Shown here in pieces: positions 1 through 13,075 of a DNA stretch of 64,000 nucleotides. The stretch covers positions 83,018,001-83,082,000 of the forward strand of contig NC_083223.1 in NCBI RefSeq assembly GCF_032191835.1. The letters are read 5' to 3'. Source of the DNA: Heteronotia binoei (taxonomy: Eukaryota). The translations under genes were made by a program, and so were the position numbers. Each line of letters opens with the position of its first letter. The stretch's first letter is position 1. The notes beneath the pieces were generated by a model. The model was not told where the DNA came from. It saw only the letters and a program-made list of their open reading frames with translations, and searched no databases.

Positions 1-460
1 TGCAGCTGCAAAAGGAGCTAATCCCAGCCAAGGCAGCACAGAGCTCTCAGCTCCCACTGTGCTGGCCAATCCTGGGCTGACCTCTTGCAGCTCAGTTTAA
101 ACTGAGCTGGAAAAAGAACCAGTCCCAGACGAGGCAGCAGGGAGCACTCAGTTCCTGCTGCCCCAGCTGATCTTCTCTTCCAGCTCAATTTCAACAAAAT
201 TGCAAGAGGAGCTAGCCCCAGCTGAGCCAGTGGTGGCTTAAAGTTTAAAAAAACTGCAGAAGCCCAACAAACAGCAGTCTGCTCCTGCCTTATCCTGTTT
301 TCAGATCTACTGGCATTTAACGAATATATCCAGGATTTTCTCCCCCGTTTTCCTGAAAAAACCCACATACATTTGGGATGCTAAAATATACCTAGAAAAT
401 ACTGATATGGTATTTTTCGGGTGTATTTTTGGCTCAGGTAGATCCAAATACACATCCCTA
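1..460. mobile_element. Right part of a non-autonomous DNA transposon (hAT-like MITE), cut by the window edge
   Basis: Ends in atacacatcccta, resembling the tagggatgtg-type termini of reptile MITEs; internal short repeats; left end not visible. Confidence 0.45.
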
Positions 461-769
461 ATTACAAGCAGCTGACCCAGAGAGGAGAAGCTTGCAAGCC
501 ATCTTCAAACCACATGCAGAATGTATTACAGCTATGCAGCCTTGAGGTTACAGCAGCATGCATCCATGTAGCCAGGTCAGCAGAATTTAGATAAGGGGCC
601 AGGTTACAAGCTAGATGCAATTGAAAGAAGATACTTTCACCAACAGCACCAACTTGATTATCCACTAACAAGAACAGGTTTAGGAGCAAGCCCAAACCTT
701 TAACTTCATCCACTACAAAAACCTTGTCTCCATATAAGTCTGGTAAATCACCACCAGCTAATGTGATGC

Positions 770-2240
770 ACTCAGTGTGATGCAGTGGCAAAAAAGGCTA
801 ATGTGGTCTTGGGGTGTATCAACAGAGGCATGACATCCAAATCACAAGATGTCTTAGTCTCATTGTACACCGCATTGGTCAGGCCTCATTGAATGTACTT
901 AGTGCAGTTCAGGAGGCCTCACTTCAAAAGGTTGTGGACAGATACAGCAGGTGCAGAGGAGGAACTTGGTTGTTCTACAAGGAAAAACGGAGGGACTTGG
1001 GAATGTTCAGTCTGGAGAAGAAAGCAGATTGAGGCAGCACATGATTGCTCTGTAAATATTTGAAAGGCTGTCAGAGGAGGGCAGGGAACGGATAGGACTC
1101 ATAATAGTGGGTTTAAATTATGAGTGGAAATATATTGGCTGGATATTAGAAAAAAATCAACATAAGAATAGATCAGCAGTAGAATCAGCTGCCTAGGGTG
1201 GCTGTGAGCTCCCTCTCACTGGCAGTCTTCAAATAGTGGCTGGATGAACACTTCTCAGAGATGCTTTAGACCAGGGGTGTCAAACTCATTTGTTATGAGT
1301 GCCAGATCTGACATAAATGGGACTTTGTTGGGTCAGGCCACGTGTGTCATAAAATCTAATGTTAAGCAGCAGAGATATAAACTTCATAAAGGACACAAAC
1401 GCAATTAAAGATATTACAGCAACTATTCCAACAGAGCCCCACATTAGAAGGTGGGGGTGTTAAAAGTAATATTTCTTTGCAAAACTGGAGTTCCTTAAGT
1501 TTGTTGAACTCTATACTTTAATTGTGGTTGGTCCCCAAACCTTCCCACCCATGCCCTTAAAATATAAACTAAAAATATAAATAGTGTGAGACCAGGACTC
1601 AAGGGAAAAACATGAAATGGTGGAGCACTGCAAGTTTCTTTTCACCCCTCCCCAGGTCTGCTCAGAGTGGTGGTGGCTCTCCAGGGTCTCGGGACTTTTT
1701 TTTACAGGTTTGAGATAATAATTTTGGTTGTCCTCTTCAGCACTTGTTCTGCTATTATTCCATTGGAGCTCCACATTATTTTAACTGTAGTTGGTCCCAA
1801 ACTTTTCCCTTCCCACCCTTAAAAGGGTCTAAATTGGAAAGATAGAGGAATAGTGGGGTTTTGCAAAGCAATTTTTAAAATAAAAAGCACAAAGATCATA
1901 GCAGGAGGACCCACCTAACCCCTATCTGTGAGGACGACTATGGAGGTCGAGAGCAGTGGCTGGGAAGTTTGGCAGCCCTGCCCTGTGCTTCCTGCTCTCA
2001 GAGGCAGACCCATTCTCTGTTCTCTATACTCAGAGGCAGCTCAACCTCAGAACAGTGAGGTTAGGCAGGGGAAGGGAGAGAGAATAGAGCCCCACTCACT
2101 GAGCTAAATTAAAGGCCTGTGTTAGCCAGTTCTGACCCATGGACTATAGCTCTGACACCCCTGCTTTAGGCTGATACAACATTGTGCAAGGGGTTAGACT
2201 AGATGGCCTATATAGCCCCTTCCAACTCTATGATCTATAA
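770..2240 (+). mobile_element. CR1 LINE 3' fragment, interrupted by a hAT MITE
   Basis: Degenerate CR1 ORF2 tail (aaaaggctaatgtggtcttggggtgtatcaacagagg...) and CR1 3' end ggttagactagatggcc...ccttccaactctatgatcta; the two halves join once 1272-2171 is removed. Confidence 0.85.
1272..2163. mobile_element. Non-autonomous hAT (Charlie-like) DNA transposon
   Basis: TIR caggggtgtc...gacacccctg; 8-bp TSD ctttagac (1264-1271) / ctttaggc (2164-2171). Confidence 0.9.
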
Positions 2241-2279
2241 ATACTCTGCCTTCCCAAAGAGTATCACCTCTGTCTTGTC

Positions 2280-2700
2280 TGGATAAAGCTTTAGTTTGTT
2301 CACCACAGCCTCAAGACACTAGTCTGGGACCTTCATAGCCTTTTTCAGAGGCTTGGATAATGAGATATAAATCTGGGTGTGAGTGACAACTCATTCCAAA
2401 GCACCTAATGATCTCATCCAAGGGTCTTTATATTGGGAATAAAATGGGCCCACAGGATACTCCATATATCAGGTCTCATGTTGCTGAATCTGCCTCTCCT
2501 ATGAAAACTGTTTCCAGCCAGCAAGGAATGAGCGAAAACTTTGGAGAGTGGTCCAATTTTATTCTGAACAATGAATGCTGTCAATCCACCAAAGTATCAA
2601 TGTCACTGAGAGGTCTAACAGTAGCAATGGATTGCCTTTATCCAGCTGTAAGTATATGTTACAAGAGTCTTAGTTCTCATGATACAAAGGACATTCTCTT
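2280..2700 (-). mobile_element. Degenerate L2/CR1-clade reverse transcriptase fragment
   Basis: Minus strand gives broken RT motifs resembling LLLLDLS.AFDT and GPILF..I...PL.EIIR.FG. Confidence 0.7.
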
Positions 2701-5329
2701 CCCACTTACATTCAATTTAGGTGTAGTGAATCAGTAGCAGAAACTGAAAAAGTAAATGGAATAGGACCATCTGTACTAATATATGTCACAAAGACAACAC
2801 AAACTGGTAACAAGAAATATAAGATACAAAAAGAAAAATCAGACATGAGCTGGAATATTTTATTCCCCTAAAACCTTCTAGGCAGTTTGATTAACACCTT
2901 ATGACTTCAATGCGGGGGGCAGGGGGCAGAGAGATACTATGATCAATAAGGATATAACCCAGACTGAGGCTCAACTTCCATGCAAAATTCATGAACTGAA
3001 AATCTTTTAAACTGTTTGGGCTTTTAAAAGTTGAAGGTATCTATATTAAGATGTAGACAATTTAGAACTTGATGATTTTGACTCATGAGTACAACATTTT
3101 ACTAGGACATGCTCTGAAAACTAAACAGAACTCTTTTAAAAATATCACTGGCATTTCTGCATATATAGAGAGACCTTTATACAGAAAGCAGAAGCAAACA
3201 GCTTTGTAATGACATCATAAATTCAATTTAGAAGTTACATTTATTCCAAAGCATGTGACAAAAATTCAAACCTACATACTGCAGCTCTTCATTCACAGTG
3301 TATTAAGTACACTGAAGTCAAGCTCTTTACCAACAGTATTAACATATATACATAGAATAAACAGTGTATTCAAGTATCAATAACTCAGTTTCAGAAAACA
3401 GGTGAGTGAAGGACAGCTTTACAGAGTCATCATCATACTCTTTTTTTCAGGATCACTGACAGGCGGCTAAGGGCACAAAATTCCCAGGGCCCAAGTCAGT
3501 TTGAGGGCCCAATGAAGGTGGAACTACCTTGCATTCAGCAAAAAGCATTTCAGTTAATATTACTTTTAGAGCAGTTCTGCACTGCAACCACTAGGGATGC
3601 AGGCAAGACAGGGCAGAGGAAATAAATAGAAGCACTGATGCTATGTGCCACACACTTTTTAGCAGATGCTTTTTAGAAAGCTCTCCACGGCTGCAAACTC
3701 TTAACTGTTAGACTGAGGGAAACATTTGCCTAACATAAGGTGTTCCTAAACCTATCAACTAACCTGGTATGACTTCATTCCCCCCTCTCCCACTAACTTC
3801 CAGATTAATTCCATCTCATCCCTACTCTGGCTGGGGAGTTAAAATAAAGTTAATAGGAGACCAAAAAACCTCTGTTCGTATTATGAACTGAATGGACAGT
3901 CAAATTAGTATTTCCCAAGAATCTAACATACATGCAATGTGATCAATGTTCTCTCTAAACTGGAGATTCTTGTGGGCAGAAATTCTACTGTGTGAGCTAC
4001 TAGCGTTAAAGCTGTGAGCAAGCCTACATTTGACTATCATGTAAACCTAGCCTAGCAGAAGCATCTGTGCATTTAGACTGAAAAGCTATGAGCAGACCAG
4101 TAAAATCTGTGCGTATTTGCTCACATGCACACACTAAAGGGAGCCTTGATTGTGATCCCTAATAATCTGTATTAGAGGTTATAAATGTGGAATAGTGAGT
4201 GCCAGAGATGAATGCCTTAGTTTCAGTTTATATCAAGTTACATAAATTCATTGCATAAACTACTATGAAGTAACAACCATTGTAAGAAGATTAGACAGGT
4301 GGATTTGGAAAGGTTCATAATCAGACATTAGCTATGATGACCAAAGAGAACCTCCATGTTCAGGGGCAGTATACCCTTGAATATCAGTTGGGGGGGGGGA
4401 CTGTTGCCTTTATTTGCAGCTGGTTGAATTCCTAGAAGCATCTGGCTGGCCAGCATGGGAAACAGGACACTGGGCTAGAGAAACTTCTAGTGTGTTCCAG
4501 CAAGTCTCTCATTTTATTCTTATGAAGGGTACAGGACATGTAGTTATCCAATCCCCATTTTTACAGAGGGTTTGAGAAATATTATTCAGGGGACCCACTG
4601 CTTCCTCTCTACCTTTAGTGTGCTAAAGTGTTTGGGAAGAATTCTTTCCAGACAAAAATAAATTCTTAGGCTAAGTCCCACAGAGATCTTGGCACAAAAT
4701 GAGCAACAAAAAAAGATGCCTAGTCATATTAATCTGCTGTGGTAAACCAAAAAAGAATCTTGGGCCACTATAAAAATCCACATCTATTGTAGTTCTATGG
4801 TTAGAAACTATTTCATGGTTAGAAAGTATTTCATTAGATACATGAAATGAATTCTCAGTCTGCAGATATCGCTGCACACAAGGAAAAAAATGTTTGTTCG
4901 TAAGGGGAAAAAGCAGTTATAATTTATATTAAAATGCATACTATGGAGTTATGACACTTTGTAATTAATATTCTATGATAAATTTTAAAAAGCTCATGTG
5001 CAAGGGAAACAGAAAACTGGGGGTAAGCTCCACCAAATAACAATAGCTAGCTATTTCCCTGTTAATGTGGGATTCTAACATTTCCTTTTGCCTGAATCAA
5101 TTATTTTCTTTGTTAATTTTTTTTATATGAACCCTGGGTGAGAGTTAATAAATATGCTTTTTTAAAACATAAATTTAATTTGCAATACTATCACCATTGG
5201 AAGTATGTATGCCCAATCAAAACCAATGATCATGGAAATTATTCAGGGTCAAAGATGTGAGTAATAGAGGGGTAGGAACACACAGGAGACAGAAGGAAGA
5301 CAAAACAGATATTCATTCAGGACACATAC

Positions 5330-5418
5330 CTATAAGCTCTGTTGGGTTCTTATTACTAAAATGTTCACATACACGAATGAATGTTTCTGTGTTCTCAGCT
5401 GTGGGGCATTCCGTATGC
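5330..5418 (-). CDS. RNGTT: RNGTT (mRNA capping enzyme) exon 4
   Basis: 89 nt, AG/GT flanked; encodes (G)[29 protein letters not shown](G), matching the RNGTT triphosphatase domain; phase fits exon 3. Confidence 0.95.
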
Positions 5419-5498
5419 CTAACAAAATAGAAGGGACGGTGTTATAAAATGTCATAGAAACAAAAACATTTATCACAAAGAATATTCACTCCACTCAC

Positions 5499-5602
5499 CC
5501 TTTACACTGCAGTTTTATATATTTGATGCCATCCTTCTCAATATCATTCCTGTCATAGAACCGAGTGGTGTTTGTCAAGTCAACCAGCAAACCCATCTTA
5601 AC
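5499..5602 (-). CDS. RNGTT: RNGTT exon 3
   Basis: 104 nt, ttcag|...|gtgagt; [34 protein letters not shown](G). Confidence 0.97.
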
Positions 5603-6189
5603 CTGAAAGTAATAAAATAAACTTTAAAAAAAAGAAACTACACACACAGACTTCTTCCTGGGATAACTAGGGATAACTATTCATCAAAAGAACTAGGACA
5701 GAATTCTGTACTTCCTCTCCCACCCCTCTCCCAATCTCTTCTTAATACTGTCATTTAGTATAGTAAATGTAATCAAATCCAACAAAGTTAGGCAAATTTC
5801 CTTATAATCTCACCTAAGCAACCTTGAACACAGACACAGTCAGTCAGGAAAGTTTGGTAGGGAGAAGGAAAAGAGAGCTGGACCAGACTGGGAGAAACAA
5901 ACTATCTGAACCTTTTGCAGAAAGATAAACTTATCTTAAACTAAGTGGATACATCACAGAAGCAATGCAAAGAAACTAGAATATCTGACTAGGCAGACAT
6001 AATGGACCACATGCTGTGTCTATCGGTTCTTGTCTCCCAGAATAACAGAAGATGCATTGTTTTCAAATCCATGCAGATGACAGCATAAAATTAATTTGAA
6101 CTAGGGATGTCAGCCTCCAGGTGGGATCTGGGGGGCCCCTAGGATTACAGTTCATTATGAGGCTACAGAGATCAGTTTCCCTGGAAGAA

Positions 6190-6955
6190 ATGAATGCTTA
6201 AGAACGTAAGAAAAGCCATGTTGGATCAGGCCAGTGACCCATCCAGTCCAACACTGTGTCACACAGTGGCCAAAAACCCCAAGTGCCATCAGGAGGTTGT
6301 CATGACCCAGATGAGGGTGCCACTTGATGCTGCCACCACTCTGGAATTAGAGTCCCTTGGGAAGGCCCAGAGTCCCCTCCCAAGCCCTTCAGATCCCTTG
6401 TTTTGGTCAAGAAAATAGGTGTGTAGACCAGGCAGAGTAACAAAGAACAACAAAAAGGTTTCTTTTAAACAGGAAAATCAATAAAGAGGAAGTGAACAGA
6501 TAAGTTACTTTAAAAACTATAGTAACGTGAGTGAAGGAAAATAAACATAAAGTCCCTAACGTGACTAAACTTAACTGTTCCTAGTCTGTTAGGCCCCAGG
6601 CCTCAGCCTGCTCACTCTCTCCCTCAGAGTGAGGGTCTTCCTCCTAAACAGCAGCCATCCTTCCTACTTGGCCTCTCAGGAGGAAAGAACAGCATTTGTC
6701 TCCTGAGAGAGCTTTTAAACAGTTCTCCTAAGAGCTTACTTGGACACTGATCGGCTGAAACCAGCGCCAAGCACTCCGGGAATTGTAGGCTGTCTCTTTT
6801 TACTGAGACACAAGCTCCTTAGGCCCACTAGGCCTCTGTCTCAGCACAGCACAGATCATGACAGAGGTCTACCAGTGGGGCCAGGACACTAGAAGCCCTC
6901 CCACTGTGCCCCCCAAGTAACAAGAATACAGAGCATCACTGCCCCAGACAGAGAG
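6190..6955 (-). mobile_element. CR1-type 3' end repeat interrupted by a solo LTR
   Basis: aagaacgtaagaaaagccatgttggatcaggcc...ccatcaggaggt continues as ctaccagtggggccaggacactagaagccctccc after the LTR. Confidence 0.75.
6298..6863. mobile_element. Solo LTR (566 bp)
   Basis: Termini tgtcatga...tcatgaca; perfect 5-bp TSD gaggt (6293-6297 / 6864-6868). Confidence 0.9.
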
Positions 6956-7904
6956 TCTGCTTTGAAGGTAGGCTCCAGTATTCCCTCCAAGCCTCCAGCT
7001 CAGGAAGGATGACCCCAGAGCACACTAATTTATGCAGCAGCTCACAACTTTAATACCAGTAGCTCACAACTTTAATGCCAGTAGTTTACAAAGCAGAATT
7101 TTTGGTCACAAGACTCTGCAGCATAGAGGGAACATTGGTAGGCTCTATGGCATTGTATTCCACTGAGGTCCCCAGGCTCCATGCTCCATGCCCAAATCTC
7201 CAGGAGTTTCTCACCCTGGATCTGGCAACCCTACCCCCTTTCCTGCACCAGTGGCCAGGGGGTACCTGGCAACCCTAATTTGAACCCATACAGAAAAGCT
7301 GCTAAGCTTGGAGTGGCATTGTTACAATAATTTATACCCTGTTTATTATCTGATTTTTTTTATAATGGCCAATTTAAATATAAACGCAATTCACCAATCA
7401 ATTACATTCAAGCCTCTGCAGTTCAATTTATTTGTCACTTCTTTTATCAGAATATCACTTAAAGTCAAGCTGTTGTATACCCAAGGGTCAGATATAAGGG
7501 AAAACAATAACCAGGCTTCAGTCTGATCTGCAGCCCGAAGTGCGAGTCACTGAGCAAATTAAAGACAGCTGGTTAAAAGCTCTTTTTTATTATTATTTCA
7601 TATTCTTTTTGCCTCAGGAGAGTTCATTCTGCAGCCTCCTTTCAGTAGCATTTTACCCATTAGTTGTGCTGATACATGATGGTCCCCAATAACCTTCTGC
7701 ACATTCTCTTGGCAAGCATCAGAGTACTCAATACCCACATGCTTTTACAGAGCAGACGTTTAGTGATTCAATTTAACACTGCAACCAAGTATTTGCAAAT
7801 ACACAATTCTATAGACAGCCTTTCATCTACAAGCTGTTTATTGTTTGGGGCCAAAAGACTAAGAGGAGGACCATCCATGATGACCAGATAGTTAGAGGAG
7901 GAGG

Positions 7905-8192
7905 AAGAGGAAGAGGAGGAGAAGAAGTGGAGGTTGGATTTATACCCTCACCCTTTACTCACACTCTCAAGGTAGCTTACAATCTGCTTCCCTTCCTCTA
8001 CCCACAATAGACACCATGTGAGGCTGATGAGGCTTAGGGAGCTCTGAGAGAACTGCTCTTGAGAGAACAGCTCTGAGAGAACCCAAACTGGCCCAAGGTC
8101 ACCCAGCAGCTGCATGTAGAGGAGTGGGGAATCAAACCCAGGGCTCCCAATTAGAGTCCACCATTCTTAACCACTACACCAAACTGGTTCTC
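7905..8192 (-). mobile_element. tRNA-derived SINE (Squam3-like)
   Basis: Minus strand head with A box tggtgtagtgg and B box ggtttgattcc; purine/pyrimidine simple-repeat tail at about 7890-7930. Confidence 0.85.
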
Positions 8193-9155
8193 CAGGTTAA
8201 AATAAGAAGGAATCATGGGGAATGAATTTTCCCCCCTAGAACAATACTTTTCAATTGGAGGTATATGTACCACTGATGCAATGCAGAAGTAGTCTAGGTG
8301 GAACACAGGATTTTCATAGGTTACTAAGAATATGCTCTCCCTCAATCACCATGTCTACCTGCTGTCCCTACCTGCAGCCAACTGTCAATCTGTGACCTTC
8401 TGGTATGCTTATAGTAATAACAGAATGTCTGTAAATATATAAATGACCTTCTTGGGAAAAGCAGTATTTTTGTTTCTATCTTGATAGGAACTATCTTTTT
8501 TTAACAGAATGACTAGTGAGACATAAGGATATCAAAAGATGAGAACCACTGCCCTAGAAAGAATACTCAAAATGTCTCTAATTGTAGAACCATGGCAAAC
8601 AAGAGACTTACATTGACTTGCAAAGGCCATTAAAACTAGTGCAAAAGTGTTCCTGTGAAATACAAGAGTGTTTCAATATTGCACATACTGAGGAGCAGGC
8701 AACCAGAAGCATCTCTCCTTAAACTTGTAAAAGATATTTAGAACTATCATCATAGTTTTCACATGACAGCAGCTTTGCCACCTACACAGATGACAGCCAG
8801 TTCATCTATATAGAAGGCAAGGGTTCACTCCATTGAACATATGCTTTGCAGATGGGTAGCCCTGATTCAAAACAACAAATGCCAGCCCACTATATTTATG
8901 TATGTGGAAGCATTCTGATAGCAAGGGGGGAGGATTGGAGGAACACAGCAAGGAGATAGCTGGCTTTGCCCCCTTCCCTGGCATAAGACTGGGCTTCAGA
9001 GGTACAAGTGCAACTGGTGCTACAGTTACAGATGAACAATACCACCAGTTTGCAAATCAACTGGTAACAGTATGATAAATAACACAGAGTATAGAATGTA
9101 GTTGATTCTAAATACAAATTTAGATGTTTATAACAGCTTTTGATCATGGTAGTGC

Positions 9156-10605
9156 TGTGGGTCAGCCAGAGCAAGCCGGTCCTGATGAAATTTACAGCGC
9201 TGTTAATAACACAGAAACAGCAGAGGCAGGTCCCAGCACACAGTTAGATGCTGTTGGCACAGCCTCAGATCTCATGAGCATCAGGTCTGCCAAGGCGTCA
9301 CCCCTGGAAGGCAGCACCTCAACATCCTGGGATCCAGATGGGATGTCACGGGTGGCATCACCACCCTCATCCCCAGATCTGTTCAAGCACCAGGTGAAAC
9401 TCCTTGAAAGGAGGTGGAGCACACGCCAAGCCACCCGATGGCATCTAAGTCTGAAAACTCAGGAGAATCGCTTGGGAGTAATGAGCCAGGCTGACAGCTC
9501 ACTCATGAGCCCAACAAGACTCAGCTGTGAGACTAGCATAAAAGGGTTAGCAGTGGACAAGTCAGATATGGAAGCAACATGCCACAATATCACTGACGCC
9601 CCAACCACTTCACCAGATCATGCTCTCTCCTGAGACTCCTGAACTACCTGACTCTGGACAACAATCCTTGAACGTGCTAAGCTACCATGACCCTTGGACC
9701 TGTGCCTGAACAACTTCAGTGTGACTATCCCTCACACCACCCTCTCCCCGCAGGGCATCCGTTGTGTTGTGGAAGGAGGCAGGTGTGCTTGTGACCTCAG
9801 AAAATGGAGGGGGACCTGCGTTATGCCACGCAGCCACCTCCTCCATGGAGTTAGGCCTTCTCTCTCTCTCTGGGCTCGCCTCATTTTCTCCACTTGTCTT
9901 CCTCCCCGGCTGTCAGCATTATATCCCCTTTTAATGCCTCAAACCTCCATCCCCATGCCCTGAACCTTTTCCCATTCCATTGTCTCCCTGTCACTCAGCT
10001 CTCCTCCTGTTCCATTGGTGCATCCCTCCCACATCCCCTGCATTCCTCACCCCCCGTTGGGATTCCCCTTGCATCTGCCGTCCCTGGGCGAGACCGCGGG
10101 GTATGTCGTGCTCTCTGGGGCAGGCGTGTCTGCTTCAGTGGCCCACTCAGGGCTGTCTTCTTTCTGCTGCGCCATTGCCATCACTCCCTGCTCCACCCCC
10201 GACCTGGCCGAGGTCTGCGGTTGCCGTGCCCGGCCAATGGGGTGGCCGGGGTGCTGTTCGGGCACCGTGGGACAGGTCACCAGGCCTCCCCTCCACCAAG
10301 CCCCCAGGATGCCCATCGGCAGCAGGGCATGTAGGGAGGCTTGTGGGCGTCTCAAGCTGGTCTGCCACCTTCTGGGTCCCGTCTGCGCTGGTCTTGTCCC
10401 CCTTGCGGGGAAGAGGGTTCCTGGGAGGTGGGGTTGTTTCAGGCTCAGGAGAGGCCAGGACAGCGCGGCCTGGCCATTCAGACTGTTGGACCTCACTTTT
10501 TGTGTACTGCTCTGAAATGAACTCTGCTCTCTTGGTAACTGACCTTTGGACTGAACTTTGAGTCTGACTTGGGGATTCTGATTGGACTGCACCTAGACCC
10601 TGACA
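9156..10605 (+). mobile_element. LTR-like element, possibly a composite of two LTRs
   Basis: Starts tgtggg, ends ccctgaca; imperfect TSD agtgc/agtgg; TATA-like ataaaag at about 9538; GC-rich second half explains the stack of overlapping ORFs. Confidence 0.45.
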
Positions 10606-11121
10606 AGTGGTCATATTTTGTTAAAGGGGAACAAAGAGTCAGCAAACACACAGACAACAATAGTTATAAATGTTAATATATGACACTGGCTCCAAAAGAT
10701 ATTATTTGGATCCCATGAATCCATTCTGCTACTAGTGACACTTTCCTCCTGTGCAAGGAGTGTTCCCTGACATATCAGGGAATGTATCTGATATCGGAGG
10801 AAAGCACTACCATTAAGAGTTTCAGATGAGCAGGATCCAGTCCATGCTGACATAAGTATTCACAGCTATATAGTCTGAGTTTCACTGCTGCAAGCCTTTG
10901 CATGCAAAATTTGCACAGATTTAATGTTTTACCAGGGAGAACATAATGAGATTCTGCAGAAAACTGATTTATCTGTATTTGTAACTTCCCACTACAACTG
11001 TCTCTAAATAGCCAGTAGTTTCCTTCTCTACCTGCGTCTAAGATCAAACCTGTTAGGCAGAAAAATGGCTAATGCTTACATGGTAAAGGAGCATTTTTTT
11101 AATTATTATTTTTACCCTTAC

Positions 11122-11231
11122 CTTAAGGCTCTTTAAGTAGTTGGAGAGCATACTGGGATGGAAGCGGCACTCTTCAGCAACTTGATCATCATATTTTGGC
11201 CCTAACATTGTCTTCAGAGGTAAAAATTTTC
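11122..11231 (-). CDS. RNGTT: RNGTT exon 2
   Basis: 110 nt, aatag|...|gtaagg; (G)[36 protein letters not shown]. Confidence 0.97.
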
Positions 11232-11899
11232 CTATTTGACAACAAATGAAAAAGTTAGTTTTGAAACATATATATAAAATGATCATGAAGACATGCACGC
11301 GAGACTGTTTGCTAGAACCTTTGTTAAAATGCTGCAGTAAAAAGATCAACAGTTGTCAAGTTTGCCAAAATTTATTTTGGTGTAGGACTGTCAAAGCATT
11401 TGCATTAAAATAAATTGAAAGAGTACCAAGACTCCCCTTGGGAACTTTTAATAAATGCTTTCCTATCTATCGTCACATGCAAATGGACTGGGAGCAAAAA
11501 ATCCCACATGAATGATGAAGCTGGATCAGCATCTGGATGCCTACTTGAATTATGTTAGGACAAAACCAAAAGACATCTACAGGAATTGCTATAGATATTT
11601 TTAAAAAGGATAAGATCTCATAGTCCTTTTTATTAGTAACATAGTTACTGATGATAACTGGCTACAATGAAATCAAATGTGATTCTAAATAAATTAGGCA
11701 AGTGCAATTATATCTGCACAGGATAGGTAAAACAGTGCAACAGGTAGTGACAAAGCCTTGCTTATTACCCTGTGGTCATCCAAAATAAAGATATCAAAAA
11801 AAGATTGAATGGGAGGTTATGACATGCCTCATTCTCAATGAAATGTCTTGTTCAAGAGATATCTGGCTTGTCCATGTCATGTCTTGTTGGATAGATAAC

Positions 11900-12252
11900 C
11901 GAATGTCCTCAACTTTGTTTTCAGCCCTGGCTCCAACTGGGTGGAACTCTCTGCCGAATAACATCCGTGCCCTGCAGGACCTGATGCAGTTCCACAGGGC
12001 CTGTAAGGCAGAGATGTTCTGCCAGATATTTGGTTAAGGACAGCAACAGTTCCACCTGGCACTCCTACCTCCCCTTTGGCTTTCCCCATACAGCAGCAGC
12101 ACAACTGGAAGCTTTTGACATTGTCTGTAGGTTTGATTGTTGTGTTTTTACTGTTTTAATTGTGTGTTTATTCATGAATGTATTCCATGCTGTATACTGC
12201 CCTAAGCCCTGTTCTTACAGGGGGAGGGCAGTTTAAAATACAATTTAATAAA
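11900..12252 (+). mobile_element. L2-clade LINE 3' end
   Basis: Resembles APTxWNSLPxxIR / LMQFxRACKAEMF C-terminal motif; ends ggggagggcagtttaaaatacaatttaataaat. Confidence 0.7.
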
Positions 12253-12845
12253 TCAATCAATCTCCTGAATCTTAGAGGATTTTGGGGACAAACAGCTGGG
12301 GCTGCTGGGGAAGGGGAGCCACTCCACCAATTCCTTCTGTAAGCTTTTCTGCAGCCCAGAGTAGCAGATGCCTATATCAGACCTTCCCACTTGGTTTGTA
12401 GTAGCTTGTTGTAAGGAAGTGGTGATCTGGACCATAAGATGATCAGTGCCTCTTTGAAAGATGCAAGTTTGCAGTATGCTGAAAGAAGCTGTCAATTGAT
12501 CTTTTAAAAAATAATAATAATAAAAGGTTGAGTCTTCTAGTGGCTTTCACTGCCATCTTTCTGGATCAGCTGTCAGAACTGCGAGTCAGAGGCAGTACTT
12601 CGCATCGATTCTGCTGCTATATCATCAGTTTATTTCAGAAGAGGTTACTAGGGGATGACTCCTTGATTCCCTAACAGTCAACACAGTTTTCACCTTATCC
12701 CCTACAATGCTAAGCATTTACAAAAGACTACAGAAAGAGCTCATCTGGAGTTTGGAAGTCCTATATCACCTGTATGCAGATGACATTCAGCTCTAATCCT
12801 CCTTTTGTTAGATCCATCAGCAGCTAGTTCTCATAGTAGAAAAAG

Positions 12846-13075
12846 AAGAGATTGGATATATACCCCAGCCGTCACTACCCAAAGGAGTCTCAGAGCAGCT
12901 TTTCCTTCCCCTCCCCACAACAGACACTCTGTGAGGTAGGTGGCACTGAGAGAGCTGTGACAGAAATTGCTTTTGAGAGGAACATCTCTGAGATGTGCAG
13001 GCAAAGGAGTGAGGAGTCAACCCAGTTCTCCCAGATTAGAATCCACACACTTAACCACTACACCGAACTAGCTAG
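12846..13075 (-). mobile_element. tRNA-derived SINE (Squam3-like)
   Basis: Same family as 7905-8192; head cttaaccactacaccgaactag on the plus strand. Confidence 0.8.

Noticed and set aside
462-791. 109-aa minus-strand ORF next to the CR1
   Set aside because: No recognisable domain or usable splice signals; not RNGTT exon 5 (no VHCTHGFNRTG motif found anywhere in 1-5329)
7905-8192. Possible tRNA gene
   Set aside because: A and B boxes belong to a SINE head; no complete cloverleaf
9124-10614. Stack of 100-190 aa ORFs on both strands
   Set aside because: Stop-poor GC-rich LTR-like sequence; no gag, pol or env motifs
10611-11047. Two overlapping minus-strand ORFs just after RNGTT exon 2, with an acceptor-like site
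   Set aside because: No recognisable homology, the frames do not join, and RNGTT exons 2 and 3 already splice in frame
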